NCBI GenBank assembly: GCA_964291265.2
Contig: OZ219746.1
Span: 324,064 to 388,063 of the forward strand
Reading direction: 5' to 3'
From: Alphaproteobacteria bacterium
GTDB taxonomy: Bacteria > Pseudomonadota > Alphaproteobacteria > SP197
DNA length: 64,000 bases
The position numbers were made by a program, and so were the translations under genes. Positions 29,872 to 40,187 of this stretch are shown piece by piece. The notes beneath the pieces are model-generated. The model had not been told where the DNA came from and ran no database searches. It worked only from the letters and a program-made list of their open reading frames with translations. Every line of letters begins with the position of its first letter. Position 1 is the first letter of the stretch.

Positions 29872-32800
29872 AGAGTCTTATCAGCGCAGCTCTTGACCGT
29901 CCCCGCACGGTCCTGCTCACCCTCCTGCTGCTCCTGGTCGTCGGCGTATCGGTCTACATCGCGATCCCGAAGGAGTCCGATCCCGACATCAACATCCCCA
30001 TCATCTACGTGTCGATGCACCACGAGGGCATGTCGCCGGACGATGCGGTCAGCCTGCTGATCAAGCCCATGGAACAGGAGCTGCGCGGTATCGAGAATGT
30101 CAGGGAAGTCAGGTCGACGGCGTATGAGGGAGGCGCCAATGTCACTCTCGAATTCGAAGCGGGATTCGATCCCGATACCGCGCTTGAGGATGTGCGCGCC
30201 AGGGTTGACATCGCCAAGCATGACCTGCCTGACGATACGGATGATCCCACCGTGCACGAGATCAACCTGTCGTTGTTTCCCGTGCTCGTCGTCAGCCTGT
30301 CGGGCGACATGCCGGAACGCACCATGTTGCGTCTGGCCCGCACACTCAAGGACGACATCGAGGAAGTGAGTGAGGTCCTCGAGGCTGTGATCAAGGGAGA
30401 CCGTGAAGAGGTGATCGAGGTCATCGTCGACCCGGTGAGCCTGGAGAGTTACCGGATCGATGCCATCGAACTTGCAAGGAGCTTCTCCCGGTCGAATCGG
30501 CCGGTGACCGTCGGGCTGATGGACTCCGAAGCCGGACAGTTCGCAATCAAGGTTCCCGGGCTGATCGACGGCGTGGATGACTTCCTGGGTCTGCCGATCA
30601 AGATCAAGGGCGATGCGACAACCAGCGTCCGCGAACTGGCAGAGGTCAGGCGGACATTCAAGGATGCCAGAGTCCATGCACGGGTGAAGGGCGAGCCGGC
30701 TCTCACCATCGAGGTGTCCAAGAGAACCGGCGAGAACATCATCGAGACCATCGAAAAGGTGAGGGCCGTCGTGGCGGCGACAAGCGCCGGTTGGCCATCG
30801 AGCGTGAAGGTCGCCTTCTCGAGGGACCAGTCGAAAGGCATCCGGCTCATGCTGGCCGATCTGCAGAACAACGTGCTCACGGCCGTGCTTCTCGTAATGA
30901 TCGTGATCGTGTGGTGTCTGGGCTGGCGATCGGCTGCCCTCGTCGGTGTCGCCATACCGGGGTCGTTCCTGACCGGAATCCTGGTTCTTGCGATTGCCGG
31001 CCTCACCCTCAATATCGTCGTGCTGTTCAGCCTGATTCTCGCAGTCGGCATGCTTGTCGATGGTGCCATTGTCGTGACCGAGTATGCCGACAGGAAGATG
31101 TCAGAAGGACTTGACCGCCGCGAGGCCTACTTTGCCGCCGCCTCCCGCATGGCCTGGCCGATCACCGCCTCGACCATGACGACTCTCGTGGCGTTCCTTC
31201 CCCTCATGTTCTGGACCGGCATAGTCGGCGAGTTCATGAAGTACCTGCCGATCACGCTGATTGCCGTTCTCTCCGCTTCGCTTGCCATGGCACTCATCTT
31301 CGTGCCCACCCTGGGATCGCTGTTTGGCAAGAGTACCGGGCAGGACAGCGAACAGGCTCGGGCCTTGTCCGAAGATTCCGCAGGCGGCCTCGATGCAGTG
31401 AGTGGCTTTACCGGACTCTATCTCGGGATCCTGCGCGTCCTGCTGCGCCATCCGGTCAAGGTTCTGCTGGTCTCGGTCCTGTTGCTGGCCGGGGTACAGG
31501 TTGCCTACGCCCGCTATGGCAAGGGCGTCGAGTTCTTTCCCGATATCGAACCCGAAAGGGCAGCCTTCCAGGTTCACGCCAGGGGCAACCTTTCCACCGC
31601 GGAAAAGGACGTTCTGGTTCGCGAGGTCGAGGACCGGCTGCTGGACATAGACGAGTTCGAGACCATCTTTGTGACATCGGGTGGAGCAGAGGACTCCCGG
31701 GAGGCCGAGGACGTCATCGGAATGGTCAACGTGGAGCTCGTGAACTGGTCGTCGAGACGGCCTGCGGCGAGCATTTTCGAGGATGTCCTCGAGAGGATAG
31801 CGGGCCTTGCCGGCATCCATGTGGAATCGCGGGCGCAGAGACAGGGTCCGAGATCCGACAAACCGATCACCATCGAGGTGTCCTCGAGCGATCCTGTGCT
31901 GCTGGAAAGTGCGGTTGGCACCCTGCGTGATCATCTCGACGAGATGCATGGGCTGAAGGATATCGAGGACAGCCGGCCGATCCCGGGAATTCAGTGGCAG
32001 ATCACTGTCGATCGCACCCAGGCGGCCAAGTTCGGGGCGGATGTCGGTTCGGTCGGCTCGATCATCCAGCTCGTGACAAGAGGGCTGCGCGTCACCACGG
32101 TGCGCCTCGATGATTCGAATGAAGAGATCGACGTTCTGGCCCGGTTCCCGGAAGACATGCGCACCCTCGACGGTCTTGATCAGCTCCGCATCCAGACTCC
32201 TCTGGGACACGTGCCGATCGCGAACTTCGTGGAGCGCTCCGCCAAGCCAAGGGTTGGCAGGATCAACAGGGTGGACGGCGAACGCGTCATGACGATCGGG
32301 GCCGATATCGAGGAAGGGGTCCTGGCGGACTCCCTGGTGCGTGACCTGCAGGCATGGCTGAGCACGGTCGAACTCGGACCCGGCGTCGAGGTCAGTTTCC
32401 GGGGGGACAACGAACGCCAGGAAGAAGCATCCGAGTTTCTGCTCCAGGCCTTCGTTGTCGCGCTCTTCATGATGGCCATCATTCTTGTCACCCAGTTCAA
32501 CAGTTTCTATTCGGCCTTCCTCATTCTGTCCGCGGTGATCATGTCGACAGTCGGGGTCATGATCGGCCTCCTTGTGACCGGCAAGCCCTACGGCATGATC
32601 ATGTCGAGCATCGGTGTCATTGCGCTCGCCGGCATTGTGGTCAACAACAACATCGTCCTCATCGATACCTTTGACAGGCTGCGCCGGACGGTCAGGGACC
32701 CCGTTGAAGCCATCCTGCGGACCGGGGCGCAGCGCCTGAGGCCAGTGCTCCTGACCATGATCACGACCATTCTCGGACTCATGCCCATGGTGCTTCAGGT

Positions 32801-33020
32801 CAACATCGACTTCGTCACCCGGGAGGTCAGCGTGGGGGCGCCGTCGACCCAATGGTGGGTTCAGCTGGCAAGCGCCATCGTGTTCGGTCTCGCGTTCGCC
32901 ACGATCCTGACACTGGTTGTCACACCCTGTGCCCTGATGGTGCGCGAGAATGTCGGCGCCTGGCGCTTGGCCCGGAAGGCGCACCGTGCCGGAGGCGTGG
33001 CCCTGGAAGCGACCCGATGA
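29868..33020 (+). CDS. RND efflux permease (AcrB/AcrD/AcrF family)
   Basis: GMLVDGAIVVTE, GIVVNNNIVLID, RLRPVLLT; 1050 aa. Confidence 0.95.
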   Translation: MKSLISAALDRPRTVLLTLLLLLVVGVSVYIAIPKESDPDINIPIIYVSMHHEGMSPDDAVSLLIKPMEQELRGIENVREVRSTAYEGGANVTLEFEAGFDPDTALEDVRARVDIAKHDLPDDTDDPTVHEINLSLFPVLVVSLSGDMPERTMLRLARTLKDDIEEVSEVLEAVIKGDREEVIEVIVDPVSLESYRIDAIELARSFSRSNRPVTVGLMDSEAGQFAIKVPGLIDGVDDFLGLPIKIKGDATTSVRELAEVRRTFKDARVHARVKGEPALTIEVSKRTGENIIETIEKVRAVVAATSAGWPSSVKVAFSRDQSKGIRLMLADLQNNVLTAVLLVMIVIVWCLGWRSAALVGVAIPGSFLTGILVLAIAGLTLNIVVLFSLILAVGMLVDGAIVVTEYADRKMSEGLDRREAYFAAASRMAWPITASTMTTLVAFLPLMFWTGIVGEFMKYLPITLIAVLSASLAMALIFVPTLGSLFGKSTGQDSEQARALSEDSAGGLDAVSGFTGLYLGILRVLLRHPVKVLLVSVLLLAGVQVAYARYGKGVEFFPDIEPERAAFQVHARGNLSTAEKDVLVREVEDRLLDIDEFETIFVTSGGAEDSREAEDVIGMVNVELVNWSSRRPAASIFEDVLERIAGLAGIHVESRAQRQGPRSDKPITIEVSSSDPVLLESAVGTLRDHLDEMHGLKDIEDSRPIPGIQWQITVDRTQAAKFGADVGSVGSIIQLVTRGLRVTTVRLDDSNEEIDVLARFPEDMRTLDGLDQLRIQTPLGHVPIANFVERSAKPRVGRINRVDGERVMTIGADIEEGVLADSLVRDLQAWLSTVELGPGVEVSFRGDNERQEEASEFLLQAFVVALFMMAIILVTQFNSFYSAFLILSAVIMSTVGVMIGLLVTGKPYGMIMSSIGVIALAGIVVNNNIVLIDTFDRLRRTVRDPVEAILRTGAQRLRPVLLTMITTILGLMPMVLQVNIDFVTREVSVGAPSTQWWVQLASAIVFGLAFATILTLVVTPCALMVRENVGAWRLARKAHRAGGVALEATR

Positions 33021-33046
33021 TCCTCTTCATCAGGAGTGGGTGATCT

Positions 33047-34057
33047 GTGGTTGGACGCCGGATCCGGTGGGTCGCGGCGGCAGTTGTTGCTCTTGCGGCC
33101 GCATACACGGTTGCCTGGCACGGTCTTGCGTTGAGACTCGAGTGGATCATGGAAGAGACGGCGGCACCGACCGCGGAGAAGGACTGGCACGCTTCCTGGA
33201 CTGGGCTTGAAGCAGGCGGCTTTCCCCTTTCCATGCGCATGAAAGCTCAGAAGCCGACCATTGTCTGGGGGCGTGGCGGGGAACAGGTCACCTGGCAGGC
33301 GCCAGAGCTCGTGATCATCACGAATCCGGTGAATCCCTCCAGAGTTTCGCTGGTGCTGCCCGAGAAACAGGATCTTTTCCTTGAGACACCCTCGCGCCGT
33401 CATGCCGTTGTCATCGCCCTGTCTCATGGACGCGCCGCAATCGGGCTTGCGTCCGGTGACGTGGACGCCGTCGACATCGTTCTCGAGGACGTGACCGTGA
33501 CTTCCGGCACGGGAACATCTCTCGCCGCGTCCGGCGTGCTGGACCTCGTCTCGACCCCCAGCATTGAAGGAGAGGGCAGGGACATCTTCCTGCAGGTGAC
33601 GAACCTTGCGGTCGGGGGGAGATCGGCCGAGCGGGTGGAGAGGGGGCTGGCGCGGATGCGCGTGGTGGGCGCCGTACCGCGCCGCGGTACCGCGAGGGAA
33701 CGAGTGGACGCCTGGCGGCGCGCCGGTGGTTACGTGGACCTCGGTGAGCTTGTTCTCGAGTGGCCGCCGGTCGCGGCCCGGGGACAGGGGCGTCTTGCGC
33801 TTGACAGGGACAATCGACCCATTGGCGCCCTGCGACTCGAAGTCGTCGGATATCGCGAGATCATCATGACCCTGGCGCAGGCCGGCGAGGTGCGTCGGGA
33901 TCAGGCGGACATCGTTGTTGCGGCCCTTGACTTCATGGCCGGTCCACCGGTCGATGGCCAGCGGCGCATCGATGTCGATCTTTCGATGCAGCACGGACGC
34001 TTGACCATCGGCCCCTTCAGCGTCATGCGTCTTGCCCCGCTGTGGCCACCGCCGTGA
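33047..34057 (+). CDS. DUF2125-like membrane-anchored protein
   Basis: N-terminal TM (AAAYTVAW), GGFPLS, AWRRAGG, C-terminal LTIGP. Confidence 0.65.
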   Translation: MVGRRIRWVAAAVVALAAAYTVAWHGLALRLEWIMEETAAPTAEKDWHASWTGLEAGGFPLSMRMKAQKPTIVWGRGGEQVTWQAPELVIITNPVNPSRVSLVLPEKQDLFLETPSRRHAVVIALSHGRAAIGLASGDVDAVDIVLEDVTVTSGTGTSLAASGVLDLVSTPSIEGEGRDIFLQVTNLAVGGRSAERVERGLARMRVVGAVPRRGTARERVDAWRRAGGYVDLGELVLEWPPVAARGQGRLALDRDNRPIGALRLEVVGYREIIMTLAQAGEVRRDQADIVVAALDFMAGPPVDGQRRIDVDLSMQHGRLTIGPFSVMRLAPLWPPP

Positions 34058-34073
34058 TGACCTTCCGGACGGA

Positions 34074-35486
34074 TCAGCCGCTTGCCGTGACGTCGAGGAC
34101 GAGGCCAGGCAGACGCGAGACATCTCCAAGGCAGCGTCGCAAGCGGCGTCTCTGACGGGGCGCAAGCTGTCCCACGTCGATGCTTGGACCAGGAGCAACA
34201 CCGGCCTCGAGATCCCGGATCTGTTGTCTGACCATGAGGTCGAGAAACACCTCGTGAGCCTCGGTGAAAGCCAGCATGTCGGTCCTGGCGATCTTGCCGA
34301 GATCGACCAGGGCCGCGAGGCGCATGGCGGTGCCGGTGGCTTCTATGCCGTGACGCAGGGCCATGGCGCGGGCACCGGCAACCAGCGGAAACAGGCCACC
34401 GATCTTGAGATCGAGGCGCCCTTCCTTCGTCTTCAAACCACCCAGAAATCCGCGTGGCGATACCCAGGTCTGCAATTGCTCCGCCATCATTCTCGGCAGC
34501 ACCGGTGTGCGGGCCGTGTCCAGTGCCAGACTGCGCAGCCGGTCGGTCAGCATACGATCACCGTGCACGTGCACCAGGTCGAAGAAGATATCGACGTTGA
34601 GCAGACTCGCTCCGTCGGCGCGTGTCGCCCAACCGGCGATGACCTTCCGCCAGTCGTCGATGGACCGTCGCCATTCGGGGTTGGAGGCCATGACGCCCCC
34701 CTTGCAATAGGGCAGGCCTGCAGCATTCAGAAGATCGCAGGCTCTTGATGCGATGCGCAGGAGGATGGTGTCGTCCACCCCGCCGGTGCTGACGATGGCG
34801 TTGTCCTGATCGCCTGCGAGAAGGGACTCACCGCGTCCGGCGGACCCAAGAATGAAGAAGGACCAGCCGTCTCCCGCCTCATCGGCCGCGGCCAGGCGGA
34901 CTGCACGGGCGGTGAGCTTGCGATAGAAACTCGAGATCATCGAGGCTACGCGCGAGGCACTCATCCCCTCGTCGAGAAGGGCCCCGGCCATCGGCGCCAG
35001 CCGGGCATGAACCTCTGCTAGGTCGTGTGCACTGTCGGCGGCTTCGAGCGCATCGTTGATGACAAGGGCCTCGCCCGCCTGGTGGCGAAGCAGAAGCTTC
35101 GATGTCATGATTCCGCACACGGTACCGGACGAATCCGTGACGGCGAGATGGCTGATGGACAGCCTCGTCATGCGGCCAAGGGCCACGTAGGCAGCTTCAT
35201 CGGCCTCGACGGAAACAAGCGGTGTCGACATCAGGTCGACGGTTGCCAGCCGAAGAGCGGCTGGACCGTGACTTGCCATTGCCCTCACGACATCGCGTTC
35301 GGTGACAATGCCGGGGCCACCGGCCTCGCCATTGCGGTCGACCAGGACCGACGAGACATGCCGTTCAATCATCGTCGCTGCCGTGTCGGCAAGCAGGCAC
35401 CCTGAACCCACGAACACAGGATCGCTCGTCATGATGTCGCGGACGCGAAAGCGCCAGGGCCATGTGTCGATCTGACGACGATTCAT
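34074..35486 (-). CDS. CBS-domain/DUF294 putative nucleotidyltransferase
   Basis: CBS pair (RVRDIMT, GIVTERD), LGSAGRGE...DQDNA, CKGGVMASNPEW, DIFFD, LDLKIGG. Confidence 0.9.
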   Translation of the reverse strand: MNRRQIDTWPWRFRVRDIMTSDPVFVGSGCLLADTAATMIERHVSSVLVDRNGEAGGPGIVTERDVVRAMASHGPAALRLATVDLMSTPLVSVEADEAAYVALGRMTRLSISHLAVTDSSGTVCGIMTSKLLLRHQAGEALVINDALEAADSAHDLAEVHARLAPMAGALLDEGMSASRVASMISSFYRKLTARAVRLAAADEAGDGWSFFILGSAGRGESLLAGDQDNAIVSTGGVDDTILLRIASRACDLLNAAGLPYCKGGVMASNPEWRRSIDDWRKVIAGWATRADGASLLNVDIFFDLVHVHGDRMLTDRLRSLALDTARTPVLPRMMAEQLQTWVSPRGFLGGLKTKEGRLDLKIGGLFPLVAGARAMALRHGIEATGTAMRLAALVDLGKIARTDMLAFTEAHEVFLDLMVRQQIRDLEAGVAPGPSIDVGQLAPRQRRRLRRCLGDVSRLPGLVLDVTASG

Positions 35487-36838
35487 GGGACGTGCCAGCC
35501 CCGGGAACGTTGCCGGGCACGGAGCCGCCGCGCTCGGCTCGTGAAGGCGATGGCGTTACCCAGTGTCATGACACCCTGATCCTCGAGAAGCGGCACGATG
35601 CGCGTGAAGAGCTCGGCAGCGGACAGCGCGTCGCCGAGTGCCGTGTGCCGGCCACCGACGGCAACGCCGAAGTGACGGCAGACGGTGTCGAGATCCAGCG
35701 CATGCAGGTCAGGTTCAAGAACAGCGACAAGGTGACCGGTATCCAGGGAGATGGGGGCGAACCAGGATTTTCCGCATCGCCGGTTCTCGGCGGCCAGGAT
35801 GGCGAGATCGAAACCTACATTGTGGCCGATGACGACGCAGTGGCCGGAGATCGTCTCGAGATGCCCGAAACCGGACTTGATCCCCGGCGCGTCCTGAACC
35901 ATGGCATTGTCGATGCCGTGAATAACCGTCGAGGCTCGTGGAATGGCGACTTCCGGATTGATCAGCATGTCGAGGTTGGCATGGGCGTAGACCCGGGTGC
36001 CATGGGTCCGCACGGCGCCAACGGAGACAATCCGGTCCCGTTGAGGCTCTAGCCCGGTGGTTTCGCAATCGACGACGATGCCCGGGAGATCGGAGAGGAG
36101 GGTGGAGTCATCAGGCGGGAGTGAAGGTGGAAGACTGTCGTGAAGCGCCAGATCGTGATCGAGGTCATGGCCGCCCCCGTTGTCGGGCGGCGCCTCGAGA
36201 ATCATCACCCAGCCTCCCCGGTCGTCAAGGGCGGCGACCCGTGCAGGGATGTCGCGTCCGTCCACGGACCGGACACTGGCGACGGGGTCCGGTCTGTCCG
36301 GTTGCGGGAGGCTCTCGCGTGTGATGGCAGCAAACACGCTGGTTCCAGGGTCGAGCGCGTTGGAGGGAAAGGCGTGCCTGGCGGCGTGGTTGACCAGGCT
36401 CACCAGTCCAGCGCGAGTGATGACCACCACACCGGTGGGGAGTGCCGCCAGGACTCCTGTCAGACGCTGTTCGGTCAGTTGGTGCCGGTCTTCCCAGGAG
36501 GCCAGAACACTGTCGACGGTGCCGGCGAGCGCCTTCAACTCGCTGTTGGTGACCATGCGGTCGGCGTGTTCGAGGAAGCGGTGTTCCGCGCCGCCGGAGA
36601 GCAGCAGGCTGCCCCTGAGCCGCTGGATGTCCTTCTTGTGTCCACGGACAAGGGTGATGGCGAACCACAGGGGGCCCGTCGACATGATGGTTCCCGCTGC
36701 GATGGAAAGCGCCCTCAAGGCGAGGTGCTCCGGCCATGATGCCCACAAGGCCAGGAGCGCGAGCCACAGCGCCGCACCAGCAGAGCACACCAGACATACG
36801 ATCATGGCCTGCCAGTAGCGTGTTTCTGACTTCATCAT
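35483..36838 (-). CDS. Membrane-anchored PAS-like plus DEDDh 3'-5' exonuclease-family protein
   Basis: Two N-terminal TMs, GVVVITRAGLVSLVNHAA (PAS-like), VDCETTGL / GHNVGFD / RHTALGDA. Confidence 0.85.
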   Translation of the reverse strand: MMKSETRYWQAMIVCLVCSAGAALWLALLALWASWPEHLALRALSIAAGTIMSTGPLWFAITLVRGHKKDIQRLRGSLLLSGGAEHRFLEHADRMVTNSELKALAGTVDSVLASWEDRHQLTEQRLTGVLAALPTGVVVITRAGLVSLVNHAARHAFPSNALDPGTSVFAAITRESLPQPDRPDPVASVRSVDGRDIPARVAALDDRGGWVMILEAPPDNGGGHDLDHDLALHDSLPPSLPPDDSTLLSDLPGIVVDCETTGLEPQRDRIVSVGAVRTHGTRVYAHANLDMLINPEVAIPRASTVIHGIDNAMVQDAPGIKSGFGHLETISGHCVVIGHNVGFDLAILAAENRRCGKSWFAPISLDTGHLVAVLEPDLHALDLDTVCRHFGVAVGGRHTALGDALSAAELFTRIVPLLEDQGVMTLGNAIAFTSRARRLRARQRSRGWHVP

Positions 36839-37506
36839 CCGGTTTCTCCGCGCCCGGCTCGGACTTTCCAGTCCCCGAGGAGCCCGTCGCCATCCATGCG
36901 CCGACGGATCTGCTCGCGAACATCCCGCCAACGAAAGCGGATCGAGTTGGTCACGATCTCGCGATCGAGTTCCCTGTATTCATCGATGACGGGTGCGTGG
37001 CGAACGAGGTCGATCTCGCTGCCGGAGAAGGCATCGCGCCCTTCTGCTGCAGCTTTCCAGTCCTCGAGACGCGTCCTCCGGTCGAAGGCATCGAATGCCG
37101 CGTCGAGGTCGTCGCGTTCCGGTTGACCAGTGAGGCCCGCCATGGCCGCCTTGCGGTAGGCGTGAACCGCCAGGGCTTCGAGGACGGCGTCGTCGACCAC
37201 GGTTTGCCGCCCTGCGGTGGCCACGGAAAAGACCGTGAGATCGGAGAGGCAGGAAAGGAAGACCTTGACCGATGCGATGCGGATCGAGGCGGAGAAGGCG
37301 TCGTCCTCGAACCATGCCCTGAAACTCGTGCCCATGCGGGTCTTGAGATATCCGTGGAGCGAGGTCTGCGCGATGTAGGAGGCTCTCGTATGAATGAACT
37401 CGACCAGGCTGTCGACGGTCGCCAGCCTCGACCGGTCGAAACGAAGCTTCAGGACTCGGGGCAGAAACGACGCCGATGAGGCCCTTGTTGTCAACAACCG
37501 CGCCAT
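36835..37506 (-). CDS. Hypothetical protein
   Basis: Long ORF overlapping the exonuclease start (ATGA); RASYIAQTSLHGYLKTRMG; start uncertain. Confidence 0.7.
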   Translation of the reverse strand: MARLLTTRASSASFLPRVLKLRFDRSRLATVDSLVEFIHTRASYIAQTSLHGYLKTRMGTSFRAWFEDDAFSASIRIASVKVFLSCLSDLTVFSVATAGRQTVVDDAVLEALAVHAYRKAAMAGLTGQPERDDLDAAFDAFDRRTRLEDWKAAAEGRDAFSGSEIDLVRHAPVIDEYRELDREIVTNSIRFRWRDVREQIRRRMDGDGLLGDWKVRAGRGETG

Positions 37507-37632
37507 TCCCTGTTGTAATCGTGAGACAATCATCCATAATCCCGATAGCCGCTTCAAATGCCCCTCTTGGCTGTCGACGCGCGTCCGCGTCCGGGGCTGG
37601 TCTGCGGCACCAACAGTTGAAGGAGGCGGCGA

Positions 37633-37887
37633 ATGTCGCAGGATAACAGAAGACTACACTGGGCCAAGACGTCACGCCTGACCTACTGGGTCCTGGCGAT
37701 CTGGTTCCTGTTCGGATACATCTTTCCGTTCTTTGCCAAGGATCTCGATGGCGGTTCGTTCCTAGGGTTCCCGCTCGGTTATTACATGATCGTTCAGGGA
37801 TCGCTCATCGTGTTCGTTCTGTTGATTGTTGGTCACAACTTCCTGCAGGACCGCATTGATGAAGAATGCGGCCTGAGCGACGAATAG
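37633..37887 (+). CDS. DUF4212-type small membrane subunit of solute symporter
   Basis: FLGFPLGYYMIVQGS; two TMs; RBS AGGAGG. Confidence 0.85.
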   Translation: MSQDNRRLHWAKTSRLTYWVLAIWFLFGYIFPFFAKDLDGGSFLGFPLGYYMIVQGSLIVFVLLIVGHNFLQDRIDEECGLSDE

Positions 37888-37898
37888 AGGAGGGTGTC

Positions 37899-39713
37899 AT
37901 GAGCGACCAAACACAAGGAACCCGTTTCGTCGACAAGCTGGGCAAGGTCTACGGAGTCTATACCCTGGGGTTCCTGGGGTTCTTTGCCCTGATGGCGATT
38001 GTCGAGCAGCTCGGCGCGAGCGCCCAGCTGATCGGCATCCTCTTCCTCCTGTTCACAATCGCGATCTACGCCACGATCGGCTGGCTCTCCCGAACCATGC
38101 AGGTGGATGCCTACTACGTTGCAGGACGTGAGGTTCCGGCCTTCTACAACGGCATGGCGACAGCAGCGGACTGGATGTCGGGTGCGTCCTTCGTTGCCCT
38201 GGCGGGGGGAATCTACTTCGGTGGCTACCCCTATCTCGGGTTTGTCATCGGCTGGACGGGTGGTTACGTGCTCGTCAACGCCCTGATGGCGCCCTATCTC
38301 AGGAAGTTCGGTTGCTACACGGTGCCTGACTTCATCGGTACGCGTTACGGCGGCAATCTGGCACGGTTCTGCGCCGTACTGGTGCTCGTGGTCGCATCGT
38401 TCACCTACGTGACGGCGCAGATCAACGCCACCGGCACCATTGCCGCCCGGGCCCTGGCCATTCCGTTCGAGGTCGGTGTGTGGTTTGGACTCCTGGGTAT
38501 CCTGCTGTGTTCAATGCTGGGTGGCATGCGCGGCGTGACCTGGACACAGGTGGCGCAGTACATCGTCCTCATCATCGCCTACCTGGTGCCCGTGATATGG
38601 ATGTCGAATGCCCAGGGCTTCGGCATCATCCCGCACTTCACCTATGGCGATGCGGCATTGCGCATTGCCGAACTCGAGGCGGAGTACGGTCTCGTGGCGG
38701 CGGCTGAAGCCGTAGCCGGACTGAAGGTTCTGACAACGGCCCACTTCGATCCGCAGGGCGGACTCGATTCATGGAAGTTCGTGACCCTTGCCCTGTGCAT
38801 GATGGCGGGCACGGCCTCCCTGCCGCACATCCTCATGCGCTACTTCACGACGCCGTCGGTGCGACAGGCCCGCAAGTCGGTGGGCTGGTCCCTGTTCTTC
38901 ATCTTCCTGCTCTACTTCACGGCGCCGGCACTGGCGACCCTGACCAAGCTCCAGCTTCTCGATCCGAATCTGGCAACGGCGGTGGTCGGCAAGGCGATTG
39001 ACGACGTCACCAATATCGATTGGATCAGGAACTGGACCGAGGTCGGCATGCTGTCGGTCGTCGACCAGAACGGCGATGGCATCGTTCAGCTCAACGAGTT
39101 CTTCATGAGACCCGACATCGTCGTGCTGGCAACACCGGAGATTGCCGGTCTGCCCTACGTGATTTCGGGGCTTGTGGCAGCCGGAGGCATGGCGGCAGCG
39201 ATGTCGACTGCCGATGGTCTGCTGCTGGCGATCGCCAACGCGCTGAGTCACGATCTCTACTACAAGATCATCGATCCCAAGGCCGACACGAAGCGTCGTC
39301 TGGTTGTTGCCCGTGTCCTTCTGGTGGGCATCGGTGCCCTGGCGGCCCTGATCGCATCACTGCAGCTCACGGGTATTCTGGGGGCCGTGGCATGGGCCTT
39401 CTGCTTCGCATGCTCGGGCCTGTTCTTCCCACTGGTTCTGGGAATCTGGTGGAAACGCGCCAACAGGCCGGGAGCGATTGCAGGCATGATCGCCGGTTTC
39501 GTGGCAGGGACGATCTACCTCATCCACGTCTACAACGGCGGTGATCAGCTGTGGTCGATCGACCATCTCCGGTTCGGCATGATCGGCATGCCGGTCTCGC
39601 TGGTGGCGATGATCGTGGTTTCACTGGTCACCGAAGCACCGGATGCCGAGATGCAGGCCATGGTGGATGAGACCCGTGTTCCGACGGGCAAGACGATCCT
39701 GTCCGAATCGTAA
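37899..39713 (+). CDS. Sodium:solute symporter (ActP/VC2705-like)
   Basis: YYVAGR, NGMATAADWMSGASF, GTASLPHILMRYFT, AAAMSTADGLLL. Confidence 0.92.
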   Translation: MSDQTQGTRFVDKLGKVYGVYTLGFLGFFALMAIVEQLGASAQLIGILFLLFTIAIYATIGWLSRTMQVDAYYVAGREVPAFYNGMATAADWMSGASFVALAGGIYFGGYPYLGFVIGWTGGYVLVNALMAPYLRKFGCYTVPDFIGTRYGGNLARFCAVLVLVVASFTYVTAQINATGTIAARALAIPFEVGVWFGLLGILLCSMLGGMRGVTWTQVAQYIVLIIAYLVPVIWMSNAQGFGIIPHFTYGDAALRIAELEAEYGLVAAAEAVAGLKVLTTAHFDPQGGLDSWKFVTLALCMMAGTASLPHILMRYFTTPSVRQARKSVGWSLFFIFLLYFTAPALATLTKLQLLDPNLATAVVGKAIDDVTNIDWIRNWTEVGMLSVVDQNGDGIVQLNEFFMRPDIVVLATPEIAGLPYVISGLVAAGGMAAAMSTADGLLLAIANALSHDLYYKIIDPKADTKRRLVVARVLLVGIGALAALIASLQLTGILGAVAWAFCFACSGLFFPLVLGIWWKRANRPGAIAGMIAGFVAGTIYLIHVYNGGDQLWSIDHLRFGMIGMPVSLVAMIVVSLVTEAPDAEMQAMVDETRVPTGKTILSES

Positions 39714-39745
39714 ACGACGCATCGTTGATCATGACCCTTGTTTCA

Positions 39746-39776
39746 AAGGGGGGCGGACAGGTTGTCCGCCCCCCTT
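39746..39776 (+). terminator. Stem-loop, probable terminator after symporter
   Basis: AAGGGGGGCGGACA-GGT-TGTCCGCCCCCCTT followed by GTCTGTT. Confidence 0.7.
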
Positions 39777-39809
39777 GTCTGTTCATGAGAGCCCGGGAGC
39801 CCTGATCCG

Positions 39810-40181
39810 ATGACCAGCCTTGCGGCTGTTCTCCCCTGGTGGGTCGTGGGTCTCGATTACATCCTCGGCGCCATCATGTGGACGCTGATTGGCCGTTCGG
39901 CCATGAACATCTTCCTTCCGGTCACGTCCGACTTCTTCTTCATGCGGGCATTCGTGATGCTGACCAACCCGGTGCTGCGGGTCTTCAGACCGGTGACGCC
40001 GGGATTTCTCATCGACCCCGTCGTGCCGCTGTTCGTGGCCTGGTTCTTCTTCCTGTTCCGCTTCTACGTTCTGCCCTGGATTCTCGGGTATTCGGTGCTG
40101 GGCATGCTGTCCTTTCCTCTCGAGGGGGACATCGCTGCCATCCTCCACGATCTCTTCGGCGGCGGGTTCGGCGGTTCCTGA
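39810..40181 (+). CDS. Small membrane protein (YggT-like)
   Basis: Hydrophobic; MWTLIGR, LTNPVLRVFRPVTP. Confidence 0.7.
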   Translation: MTSLAAVLPWWVVGLDYILGAIMWTLIGRSAMNIFLPVTSDFFFMRAFVMLTNPVLRVFRPVTPGFLIDPVVPLFVAWFFFLFRFYVLPWILGYSVLGMLSFPLEGDIAAILHDLFGGGFGGS

Positions 40182-40187
40182 GGATTC

